In this document: piece after piece, positions 29,485 to 38,424 of the stretch
Position numbering within the stretch: position 1 is the stretch's first letter
Layout: each line of letters begins with the position of its first letter
Assembly (NCBI GenBank): GCA_050250895.1
Contig: JBFWNU010000001.1
Location: forward strand, 64,001-128,000
DNA length: 64,000 nucleotides
Source: Vulcanimicrobiota bacterium
GTDB taxonomy: Bacteria; Vulcanimicrobiota; Xenobia; Xenobiales; JADMJV01
Direction of reading: 5' to 3'
The notes under the pieces: generated by a model
The model's database searches: none
Told to the model about the DNA's origin: nothing
Seen by the model: only the letters and a program-made list of their open reading frames with translations
Program-made: the position numbers and the translations under genes

Positions 29485-30764
29485 AGCGCCGGTTCTCGGC
29501 CGAGCTTCTGCCCTCCGGGCCCTGGATGGTGGCCCTCTCGGGGGGCGGCGACTCGGTCGCCTTGCTGCATGTGGTGGTCCGACTGGGCTATCCGGTCGAG
29601 GCCGCGCATCTCGACCACGCTCTGCGCGCCGAGTCCGAGGCCGACCGAATCTTCTGTCAGGAACTTTGCGCCCGCCTGGCTGTGCCATTCCACTGGAAGC
29701 GGGTCGAAGTGGCCAGCCTGGGACAATCCTCCGAGGCGGCCGGCCGCGAGGCCCGTTACCGGTTCTTGGCCGAACTGGGATTGCCGGTGCTGACCGCTCA
29801 CACCCTCGACGACCAGGCCGAGACGGTACTGATGCGCTGTATCGAGGGCACCGGTCTGGCCGGCCTGAGCGGCATCGAGCCGCAGCGCCAGGACGGCGTC
29901 CACCGCCCTCTGCTGGGTTTTCGCCGCGAGCAGTTGCGAGCCTACCTCAGGGCCCTGGGGGAAAGCTGGCGGGAAGACCCCACCAACCAGTCCGACCAAC
30001 CCCGCAGCCGCATTCGGCACCAACTGCTGCCCCGGCTCGAGGAGTGGAATCCCAGAGTCTGCAAAGCCCTCGTCGGTCTGGCCGACGAAGCCCGGCTGAC
30101 CAACGATATGCTCACGGAGATGGCCCGCCGAGAACTCGACCGCCAACCCGATCCTCAGCGCTTGTCGATCGCTCGCCTCAAGGCTTTGCATCCGGCCCTG
30201 CAGCGCCAGGTCCTGCGGCTGGCCTGCCGCGAGCGGTTGGGACGCGTCCACCTGGAGGCCCTGGTCGAATTGCTCGACAAAGAATCAGGCAAGCGGATCC
30301 TCTTGCCCGGACGTCGCCAGGTGCGTCGCCAGCAAGGCGAACTGATTCTCGAGGAGCTGCGCAGCCAGCGGCCGCCCCCCTCCCCGACCCCCTTCGAGTT
30401 AAGGCCGGGAGTCCAGGATTTTGCCGGGTTCGGCCTGCGTCTACGAGTGGAGCGCTCGGCCGCAGCGGCCCGCTCGTCGTGGGAGGTCGTCCTCGATGCG
30501 GACCGGCTAACCGGCAACCTGGTGGTCCGGTCGCGCCGCCCCGGCGACAAAATGCGCCTGACCCGAGCAGAGGGCAGCCAGAGTTTGAAGAAGTTCTTCC
30601 AGCAACAGGCAATACCCGATCACGAGCGAGACTTCATTCCTATCCTGGCTCATCGCGGCGCTCCGGTATGGGTCATCGGCCATTGCGTCGATGTTCGCTA
30701 CCTGGCCGGCGAGTCTACGAGCCGGGCTTATCGGCTGCAAGCCGAAACCCTTACGCAGGAGTGA
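29466..30764 (+). CDS. tilS: tRNA(Ile)-lysidine synthetase
   Basis: SGGGDS PP-loop, TAHTLDDQAET, and a TilS C-terminal domain; upstream of ftsH. Confidence 0.95.
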   Translation: MSDLDLERRFSAELLPSGPWMVALSGGGDSVALLHVVVRLGYPVEAAHLDHALRAESEADRIFCQELCARLAVPFHWKRVEVASLGQSSEAAGREARYRFLAELGLPVLTAHTLDDQAETVLMRCIEGTGLAGLSGIEPQRQDGVHRPLLGFRREQLRAYLRALGESWREDPTNQSDQPRSRIRHQLLPRLEEWNPRVCKALVGLADEARLTNDMLTEMARRELDRQPDPQRLSIARLKALHPALQRQVLRLACRERLGRVHLEALVELLDKESGKRILLPGRRQVRRQQGELILEELRSQRPPPSPTPFELRPGVQDFAGFGLRLRVERSAAAARSSWEVVLDADRLTGNLVVRSRRPGDKMRLTRAEGSQSLKKFFQQQAIPDHERDFIPILAHRGAPVWVIGHCVDVRYLAGESTSRAYRLQAETLTQE

Positions 30765-30854
30765 GGTCTCACCCATCGAAGGCCGCCGACTCGCAACTGT
30801 CGAAGACTCTGGGGGCCCTTCTTCAGGTGTAAGCGGATAGGAGAGAACATTTCA

Positions 30855-32798
30855 TTGTCCAGAATGGTGCGACATGTGATCATACTGTCGGTGGCCTGCC
30901 TACTGGTGCTGCTGTATTTCTACAGCGTCCAGCAAGCTACCGCCCCCAAGGCGATCAAATACAGCGAGTTCCTGCAAGAACTGCAGAAGGACAACATCGC
31001 CGAGGTGACCATCGAGGGCTCGGGCACCCGCCTTACCGGAACCTACAAAAACGTCAAAGACGACCAGGCCCCCAAAAAGTTCTTTACCAACTTCCGCGCC
31101 GAGATGAACCCTTCGCCCGAGCAAGAGATCGTCGATCGAGGCGTGCCCCTTACCGTCAAACAGGCCGAGGGCGACCAGTGGTGGAGTTACCTGTTGCAAC
31201 TGTTACCGCTGGTGCTGGTCTTCGGATTTCTCTTCTTTATCGTGCGCCAGGCTCAATCGTCCGGCGGCCAGGCCTTCTCCTTCGGGCGCTCCAAGCACAA
31301 ACTGGTTTCAGAGAACCGGGTCAAGGTCACTTTCGATGATGTGGCTGGCGTGGGCGAAGCCAAGGAAGAGTTGACCGAGGTGGTCGACTATCTCAAGTAT
31401 CCCAAGAAGTATCAGAAGGTCGGCGCGCGCATCCCCAAAGGCGTGCTGCTGGTCGGTGCCCCGGGAACGGGTAAGACCTTGCTGGGTCGCGCCGTGGCCG
31501 GCGAGGCGGGCGTGCCCTTCTACTACATCAGCGGTTCTGACTTTGTCGAGATGTTCGTGGGCGTGGGCGCCTCGCGTGTGCGCGACCTGTTCGAGCAAGC
31601 CAAGAAAACTTCACCCTGCATCGTATTTGTCGACGAGATCGACGCCGTCGGCCGCCAGCGTGGCGCCGGCCTGGGCGGGGGCCACGACGAGCGCGAGCAG
31701 ACCCTCAACCAGTTGCTGGTCGAAATGGACGGCTTCGAGGCCAACCAGAACGTGATCGTGCTGGCCGCCACCAACCGCCCTGACGTGCTCGACCCGGCCC
31801 TGCTTCGGCCGGGCCGCTTCGACCGCCGAGTGGTGGTCGACAAGCCCGACATCGCCGGGCGCCTGGCCATTCTCAAGGTCCATAGCCGCGGCAAGCCACT
31901 GGCCAGCGAGGTCGAACTGCAGCTGCTGGCCCGCCGCACCCCCGGGTTCTCGGGGGCCGACCTCGAAAACCTGCTCAACGAAGCGGCCCTGCAAGCAGCC
32001 CGCGCCGGTCGCGATCGCATCAACATGGCTGACTGCGAAGAGGCCATCGACCGCGTGCTGATGGGTCCCGAGCGCAAGAGCCGCATCATTCCCGAGCGCG
32101 AGCGCGAACACACCGCCTACCACGAGGCCGGCCACGCTCTGGTGGCGCGAGCTCTGCCCGAATGCGACCCGGTCCGCAAGGTGACGATTCTGCCTCGTGG
32201 CATGACCATGGGCGTGACCCACTCTACCCCCGAAGAAGATCGCTACAACTTCCGCAAAGACGACCTCGTCGCCCGCATCTGTATGCTGATGGGCGGCCGG
32301 GCCGCCGAAGAGATCGCGTTTGGCGAGATCTTCACGGGCGCCCAGAGCGATATCGAAAGAGCTACCGACCTGGCCCGCGATATGGTCTGCCGCTACGGCA
32401 TGAGCAACATCCTGGGACCGGTCAATCTAGGGGCCAAGAATTCCCAGGTATTTCTAGGCCGCGACCTGCACGAGACCCGCAACTTCTCGGAAGAGGTGGC
32501 CCGCCAGATCGACGAGGAGGTTCGCCAGATCATCCAGGGCCAGTACGAACGGGCCAAGATGGTGCTCGAGGAGCAGCGCGACAAACTCGATCTGCTGGCG
32601 TCTGAGCTGATCGTCTCCGAGGTTCTCGACGAAGAGGATCTCGACCGTGTGCTCGGCCCCTCGGGACGCCAGCTCAAGAGGCAAAGAGAGCAGCAGGAGC
32701 CGGCCGCGCCTGCCGCTGCCCCCCAACGGGACGAAGAGACCTCTAAGCGCAGCAATCCTCTGTTGGGGGGACCGGCCCCCAAGCCAAACCCTGCGTGA
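30855..32798 (+). CDS. ftsH: ATP-dependent zinc metalloprotease FtsH
   Basis: Two TMs, Walker [18 protein letters not shown] and HEAGH. Confidence 0.98.
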   Translation: MSRMVRHVIILSVACLLVLLYFYSVQQATAPKAIKYSEFLQELQKDNIAEVTIEGSGTRLTGTYKNVKDDQAPKKFFTNFRAEMNPSPEQEIVDRGVPLTVKQAEGDQWWSYLLQLLPLVLVFGFLFFIVRQAQSSGGQAFSFGRSKHKLVSENRVKVTFDDVAGVGEAKEELTEVVDYLKYPKKYQKVGARIPKGVLLVGAPGTGKTLLGRAVAGEAGVPFYYISGSDFVEMFVGVGASRVRDLFEQAKKTSPCIVFVDEIDAVGRQRGAGLGGGHDEREQTLNQLLVEMDGFEANQNVIVLAATNRPDVLDPALLRPGRFDRRVVVDKPDIAGRLAILKVHSRGKPLASEVELQLLARRTPGFSGADLENLLNEAALQAARAGRDRINMADCEEAIDRVLMGPERKSRIIPEREREHTAYHEAGHALVARALPECDPVRKVTILPRGMTMGVTHSTPEEDRYNFRKDDLVARICMLMGGRAAEEIAFGEIFTGAQSDIERATDLARDMVCRYGMSNILGPVNLGAKNSQVFLGRDLHETRNFSEEVARQIDEEVRQIIQGQYERAKMVLEEQRDKLDLLASELIVSEVLDEEDLDRVLGPSGRQLKRQREQQEPAAPAAAPQRDEETSKRSNPLLGGPAPKPNPA

Positions 32799-33982
32799 GC
32801 CGTCCCATCGTTCTCTGCCTGGCTAGCTTTTTCAAAGGCCAACGGTTGCTGGAAGCCTATCATCAGCATGGGGCAAGTTTGGTACTGGTAGCCGAGGCAC
32901 AACTCAAGGACCAGCCCTGGCCCGACTTTCTGGAAGAGAAGTTCTTTGTTTATGACATGCGCAACCTGGGCGACCTGAAGCGCGCCATCGCCTACCTGGC
33001 ACGGACCCGCCGCTTCGAACTCGTCGTGCCTCTGGAAGAGTATGTCATGGAAACGGCCGCCTTCTTGCGCGAGCAGTTCCAGTTGCCGGGGATCGGTGAA
33101 ACCCAAACCCGGCTGGTGCGCGACAAGCTGGCCATGCGCCATCGGGCCCGCCAACGAGGGGTGGCCGTGCCGGGGTTTGTTCATCTTTGTCACCACCCCG
33201 AGGTGGACGATTTTACCCATTCGGTGCCCCCGCCCTGGATGGTCAAGCCGCGCTGCGAAGGCGGGGCTGTTCAGATCGAAAAGCTGCACACCCCTCCGGA
33301 AGTGTGGAAGACCATCGAGCGACTGGGGGACCGTCAGGCCGACCACCTGCTCGAGCAGTTTATCCCCGGCGAGGTCTATCACGTCGACTCGTTGCTCTAT
33401 GATGGCGAAATTCTGCTCTCGGTGGCCAGCCGCTATGGCCGCCCCCCTTTCAACGTGTGGCACGAAGGGGGCGTCTTCAGCTCGCGCACCCTGCCGGACC
33501 ACGACCCGGTGGCCCGCGGGCTGGCAGACATCAATCGCCAGACCCTGCAGGCCCTCGAGGTCGAGCGCGGGGTGACCCATGCCGAATTCATTCGAACCCA
33601 GGACGGAAAGCTCTATTTCCTCGAAGTAGGAGCTCGGGTAGCCGGAGCCAACCTCGATCGCCTGGTCGAGGCAGCCACGGGAGTCAACCTTTTCGACGAA
33701 CTGGCCCGTCAAGAACTTTCCCGCCTGGCGGGTTCGTATCATTTCGAGGGCGCCAGAAATCGCTGCGCCGGGCTGGTGGTCTGCCTGTCGAAGATCTGTG
33801 ATCCCGACCTGCGCGAATTCGACGACCCCGAAATCGTCTGGCGTTTGCAGAAAGGCAACCACGCCGGCCTGGTGGTGGCCGCCGAGACGGCCCATCGAGT
33901 GGAAGTCCTCGTCAATGACTATGTCGAACGCTTCACCGCCCACTATCTGGCCGTGCTGCCTCCAGCGGACCGGCCGGCTTGA
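32795..33982 (+). CDS. ATP-grasp domain protein
   Basis: RDKLAMR, VKPR, LEQFIPG and HAEF...FLEVGARVAG motifs. Confidence 0.87.
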   Translation: MSRPIVLCLASFFKGQRLLEAYHQHGASLVLVAEAQLKDQPWPDFLEEKFFVYDMRNLGDLKRAIAYLARTRRFELVVPLEEYVMETAAFLREQFQLPGIGETQTRLVRDKLAMRHRARQRGVAVPGFVHLCHHPEVDDFTHSVPPPWMVKPRCEGGAVQIEKLHTPPEVWKTIERLGDRQADHLLEQFIPGEVYHVDSLLYDGEILLSVASRYGRPPFNVWHEGGVFSSRTLPDHDPVARGLADINRQTLQALEVERGVTHAEFIRTQDGKLYFLEVGARVAGANLDRLVEAATGVNLFDELARQELSRLAGSYHFEGARNRCAGLVVCLSKICDPDLREFDDPEIVWRLQKGNHAGLVVAAETAHRVEVLVNDYVERFTAHYLAVLPPADRPA

Positions 33983-34554
33983 TCCACCAGGGGCTGGAGG
34001 TCTGCCTCTTCGAGCAATACCAGGGTTGGCTCGACTGGCTCGACCAGAACCACACTCAGACCGAGAGCATCTGGCTGCAGTTCGCCAAGAAGGCCAGCTC
34101 GAAGCGTTCGCTCAGCTACGAGGAGGCACGCGAGGGGGCCCTGCGCTACGGGTGGATCGACGGCCTCAAGAATCGCCTCGACGACGACTATCACCTGATC
34201 AAGTTCTCGCCCCGCCGGCCCCGCAGCCGTTGGTCGAAAATCAATCGCGAACTGTGTGAGCAACTTCTGGCCGAGGGCAAGATGTTTCCCTCGGGACGCG
34301 CTCAGGTCGAGGCGGCCCAAGCCGACGGACGCTGGGAGGCTGCTTATCCTTCCCAGGCGACCATCGAGGTTCCCGACGATCTAAAGGCAGCGCTCACGGC
34401 CAATCCCAAAGCGCTCGAAACCTTCCAACGGTTGACCAGTTCGCAACGCTTCAGCATTCTCTATCGGCTCCACGACGCCAGGCGACCCGAGACCCGCCAG
34501 CGCCGTCTGGATCAGTTTCTGGCCCTGCTGCTGGAGGGCAAGCCTCCGCGTTAG
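33979..34554 (+). CDS. YdeI/OmpD-associated family protein
   Basis: YGWIDG, FSPRRPRSRWSKIN, VPDDL and ETRQRR motifs. Confidence 0.9.
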   Translation: MIHQGLEVCLFEQYQGWLDWLDQNHTQTESIWLQFAKKASSKRSLSYEEAREGALRYGWIDGLKNRLDDDYHLIKFSPRRPRSRWSKINRELCEQLLAEGKMFPSGRAQVEAAQADGRWEAAYPSQATIEVPDDLKAALTANPKALETFQRLTSSQRFSILYRLHDARRPETRQRRLDQFLALLLEGKPPR

Positions 34555-34592
34555 AAGCAGGTCTTTTCAGCCCGGCTCTCCAACCTCCGACC

Positions 34593-35066
34593 ATGCGTCG
34601 AGTCTTGTTTTTCCTCTTGCTCTGCCCCCTGTTGGCCTTCGGGCAAGACCAGGTCAGCCAGGTCAGCTCGTTTCACGACTCCTTTGGCAACCTCGGCAGC
34701 TTTTGGCTGGTGCGCTATCAAGGCAAGGACTATGCCCTCTTCAAACTCAAGAGCAACGACGAAGAGGGCGACGCCGACATCGTACTCGACGCTGATAGCT
34801 TTGCGAAGTTCGAAGAGCTGGTGGAGGGCCTGCACCGCTCCAAGAACTCGCTCAAAGACGATGGCTTCACTGTGCTCGATACGCTCAAATCCGACCAGGC
34901 CACCCTGGCGGCCATTCACGGCCGCCTCAACGGAGTGCGCTTCAAACTGTTGCAGATCACGGTGGAAAAACCGGGGGAGCCCAAACGCGAGCACCGCATC
35001 ACCATCGATGACTACAGCGGCCTGCGCTCGGCTCTAGCCAAGTTCAAACGCAAGCTCCCCTGGTGA
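34593..35066 (+). CDS. Hypothetical secreted protein
   Basis: Sec-type signal peptide MRRVLFFLLLCPLLAFG. Confidence 0.75.
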   Translation: MRRVLFFLLLCPLLAFGQDQVSQVSSFHDSFGNLGSFWLVRYQGKDYALFKLKSNDEEGDADIVLDADSFAKFEELVEGLHRSKNSLKDDGFTVLDTLKSDQATLAAIHGRLNGVRFKLLQITVEKPGEPKREHRITIDDYSGLRSALAKFKRKLPW

Positions 35067-35103
35067 GGAAGGCTCCTGGAGCCGCGCCGTAGAATGATTC
35101 CCT

Positions 35104-35640
35104 ATGGATCTGACCGCCCCCTCACTGCCGGTTCCCGACTTCGTGCTCTTGCCGGGCTGCACCGTGACCCTCCAGATTGGTCACCCCGAGCTGCTGCGTC
35201 AGGTCCGACTCGCTGCCGAACATCGCAACTTTCTCTGGGTGCGCCGCGATCACCCCGGCGCTCAGATGGGCTGCCTATCCGAGGTTCGTTCGGTGACCCG
35301 CAACGCCACCGGCTACGCCGTGCACCTGGTCGGCCTGCAGAGATTTCGTTCTCTCATCGAGATGCACACCGCCAAGGGAGTCCTGGCTGTCGGCCAGATC
35401 CCTCAGCAGATAGCGTTGCAAGGCGAACTGCCCGAACTGCCCGGGCTGCCGAAAATGGTGGCCGAGCTGCGCGGTCAAGTGGCTCCCGAGCTGTGGCTCG
35501 ACATGGCGGCCTTTCACTTGCGCCTTAGTCCCGACGACAAGCAGGCTCTGCTAGCCCAGGCCGATGCCAACCTGCGGGCCCAGTATCTGCAAGAGTGTCG
35601 GCCCCAGCCCAAGCCCAAGCTGGCCTACTGCGCCAACTAA
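35104..35640 (+). CDS. Lon peptidase N-terminal (substrate-binding) domain-like protein
   Basis: VLLPG..TLQI, MGCLSEV, GLQRFR and KQALL pattern. Confidence 0.65.
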   Translation: MDLTAPSLPVPDFVLLPGCTVTLQIGHPELLRQVRLAAEHRNFLWVRRDHPGAQMGCLSEVRSVTRNATGYAVHLVGLQRFRSLIEMHTAKGVLAVGQIPQQIALQGELPELPGLPKMVAELRGQVAPELWLDMAAFHLRLSPDDKQALLAQADANLRAQYLQECRPQPKPKLAYCAN

Positions 35641-35701
35641 TTTCCCTTTCACTGGAGGGATGATAAGCCGCCCAGGCAATTGCCCAAGTGGGGAGATTTG
35701 C

Positions 35702-36433
35702 ATGGTTTATCAAGCTCTAGGTGTAAAGTTCCACCCTGTGACCCGGGCCCAGGCCGTCGACCGGGTGCGAGAAATGCTAACTCAGGATCGTTTTCACCAG
35801 GTCGTCACCCTGGGCACCGAGATGGTGATGCGAGCCCAAGAAAATGGCGAGTTTCGCGAGGTAGTCAATCAGGCCGATCTGGTGACCGCCGATGGGGTCG
35901 GGTTGGTGCTGGCCTCGAAGCTCTGCAACCTCCATACGCCCGAACGGGTGGCCGGTATCGAACTGTTGGTGCAGCTGATGGAGCACCTGCCGCGGGAGGT
36001 CAAGTATTTCTTGCTGGGAGCCGCCCCCGGAGTGGCCGAACAAGCGGCCCAGAACCTGCGCGCCCAATACCCGGGTCTGGCCATCGTGGGTGTCCAGGAC
36101 GGCTACTTCCAAGACGACGAGGCGGTCTTGCAAGCCATTGAAGAGTCAGGAGCCCACGTACTGCTAGTGGGTCTCGGCTCGCCTCGCCAGGAGGACTGGC
36201 TCTATCGCCATCGCCATCGCCTGACCGCCCGCGTCGGCATCGGCGTCGGTGGCAGCTTCGATGTCATCAGCGGTCGATTGTCACGCGCTCCCCGGTGGAT
36301 GATCGCTCTCCACCTCGAGTGGCTCTATCGCCTGCTGCGCGAACCACGGCGCATCCTGCGCATGATGGCCCTGCCGCGCTTTGCCTGGCGAGTGCTCGTT
36401 TCGGGCGGACGGGCCGTCCAACAGCTGCTCTAG
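35702..36433 (+). CDS. WecB/TagA/CpsF family glycosyltransferase
   Basis: ADGVG, ERVAGIEL, GLGSPRQE, GVGGSFDV and LEWLYRL motifs; ATG at 35702. Confidence 0.93.
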   Translation: MVYQALGVKFHPVTRAQAVDRVREMLTQDRFHQVVTLGTEMVMRAQENGEFREVVNQADLVTADGVGLVLASKLCNLHTPERVAGIELLVQLMEHLPREVKYFLLGAAPGVAEQAAQNLRAQYPGLAIVGVQDGYFQDDEAVLQAIEESGAHVLLVGLGSPRQEDWLYRHRHRLTARVGIGVGGSFDVISGRLSRAPRWMIALHLEWLYRLLREPRRILRMMALPRFAWRVLVSGGRAVQQLL

Positions 36434-36439
36434 CCGCCT

Positions 36440-37162
36440 CTACCTACCTGGAGTTTTCGCGCCGCGAAAACCGACATCGTGTCAGGTCACCCCGACTTGC
36501 TCGATGGCAAAGGCATAGACTCTGTTATCCCGGGCGGGGTAGCCGTAGGCGCCGCCGCGAATCAGGTGGCGGACCGGCCTGCCGGGGTAGTCGTCGGCCA
36601 CCCATTCCCAGGCGTTGCCCACCATGTCGAGACACCCGTACGGGCTGGCTCCGCCGGGAAAGCTGCCGACCGCGGCCAGCCTCGAGGTGAGCGAGCAGAC
36701 GTTGGGTCGATGCTCGGCCCGGCCCACGTTGGCCAGCTTCTGGTCGTAGCGGTTGCCCCAGGGATAGGTTCGTCCGTCGGTGCCGCGGGCGGCTTTCTCC
36801 CACTCGAGTGCGGTGGGTAGTCGCTTGCCCATCAAAGCCAGGAGCTCGGCTGCCTGCGGTCGGGTGAAACCGGTGGCTGGATGGTCGTCTTCGCCAGCCG
36901 CAAAACGATGCTCCGGCTTGACGGCCTTGACCTGGGCGTTGGTGACTTCGGTAAGGTCGATGTAGAAACTGGCCACCCGGACCGGCCGCAAGGCACCGAC
37001 CTCGCTGTCGGCATCGGCGTCGTTGCTGCCGGTCAGGAACTCGCCGGCGGGCACCAGCACCATGCCTTCCGGAGTGGCCTGCTGCAATTGCTCGAGGCTC
37101 GGCGGTTGGGCACAGGCCAGAGCCAACACCAACAGAAGCGGCAACCAGTGGGAGCGAGTCAT
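36440..37162 (-). CDS. FGE/SUMF1 (FGE-sulfatase) domain lipoprotein, probable selenoprotein (TGA 36484-36482 read through to TAG 36442-36440)
   Basis: Lipobox ALAC; EVTN, RLPTALEWEKAARG and DMVGNAWEW motifs. Read-through adds U-HDVGFRGAKTPGR. Hairpin at 36453-36471. Confidence 0.8.
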
Positions 37163-37239
37163 GCTAGTGCAAACCTTCGAGGCAGCCGCAACGTTCCCAT
37201 TTCCAGGACATTTTGCCGACCGTGGGGTATTTCTATCAT

Positions 37240-38415
37240 GTGGGAGCTGGGCTGGCGTTATATCTTCATTTTCCTTACTGTCGCAGCCGGTGCACTTATT
37301 GTGACTTCAACGCCCACGCCGCCCCCGAGACGCCCGAGCCGCAAGCCCGCTACATCGCCGCCCTGCTGACCGACATTGCCAACCAGCCCGATCATGCCAT
37401 CGAGACCATCTTCCTGGGGGGCGGTACCCCCAGCCTCAATCGCGCGCAAGATCTGGTGGCCGTGCTCGAGGCCTGCCGGCGCCAGTTTCGCCTGAGTCCC
37501 CAGGCCGAGGTCACCATGGAGGCCAACCCCGGAACCGTGGACGAGGCCAAACTCGCAGCCGTGCGCGCGGCCGGTATCAATCGCCTGTCGCTGGGTGTCC
37601 AGAGTTTCGAGCCCCACCTTCTCAAGCTGCTCAATCGCATTCACGACGTGGGAGAGGTCGAAGAGGCGGTGGCGGCCGCCCGCCGGGTGGGCTTTGACAA
37701 CCTGAGTCTCGACCTGATCTATGGGCTTCCGCAGCAGACCGTGGCGGGCTGGGAGCACACTTTGACCAAAGCCATCGAGTGCCAGCCCGAGCACCTCTCG
37801 GTCTATCAGCTGACGGTCGAGCCCTCGACCCGGCTCGAAGCCCAGATCGCCAACGGCGAACTGAGTCTTCCCGAGGAAGAGGTGATGCTGGCCATGGACG
37901 CCCTCACCCAAACGCGTCTGGCCACAGCCGGCTACCGGCGCTACGAAATCTCGAACTGGTCCAGACCCGGCCGCGACTGCCGCCACAACCTGATCTACTG
38001 GCGCGACGAGCAGTACCTGGGGCTGGGCTGTGGGGCCGTTTCGTACCTGGACGGCTGGCGCAGCAAGCGCATCATGCATCCCCACTATTACTGCGCTGCC
38101 ATCGAGTCGGGTCGCAACCCCCTCAGCGAGGGCGAGCGACTGGGCACCGAAAAAGCCCTAAAGGACACCGTCATGCTGGGGCTGCGAACCCTCGAAGGCC
38201 TGCCCCTGGAGCGGCTACGCCGCCGCTACCCCGAGCTAGACCTGACCCCGTTGCTTGATTTCTTCGCCTCGCTTCCTCCCGAGTGGGTGACCCAGAACGG
38301 CGAAGTGGTGCGCTTGACTCGAGCCGGCGCCGACCTTTCCAACGAGGTCTTCTTTCGCCTGATGGACACGGCTCTGACCCTTTCATGCATATTTCAGCCG
38401 CAGGAGGTAGCCTAG
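37240..38415 (+). CDS. hemW: Radical SAM heme chaperone HemW (HemN-like)
   Basis: YLHFPYCRSRCTYCDF, GGGTPS, YEISN and HNLIYW motifs. Start uncertain. Confidence 0.92.
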   Translation: MGAGLALYLHFPYCRSRCTYCDFNAHAAPETPEPQARYIAALLTDIANQPDHAIETIFLGGGTPSLNRAQDLVAVLEACRRQFRLSPQAEVTMEANPGTVDEAKLAAVRAAGINRLSLGVQSFEPHLLKLLNRIHDVGEVEEAVAAARRVGFDNLSLDLIYGLPQQTVAGWEHTLTKAIECQPEHLSVYQLTVEPSTRLEAQIANGELSLPEEEVMLAMDALTQTRLATAGYRRYEISNWSRPGRDCRHNLIYWRDEQYLGLGCGAVSYLDGWRSKRIMHPHYYCAAIESGRNPLSEGERLGTEKALKDTVMLGLRTLEGLPLERLRRRYPELDLTPLLDFFASLPPEWVTQNGEVVRLTRAGADLSNEVFFRLMDTALTLSCIFQPQEVA

Positions 38416-38424
38416 AGGGTACCA

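Noticed and set aside
23981-37162. Genome-wide UGA reassignment (code 4 or 25) as the explanation of the in-frame TGAs
   Set aside because: Many genes end correctly at TGA, often with ATGA/GTGA overlaps (speE, ftsH, cdaA). Only two sites need read-through, and both have hairpins.
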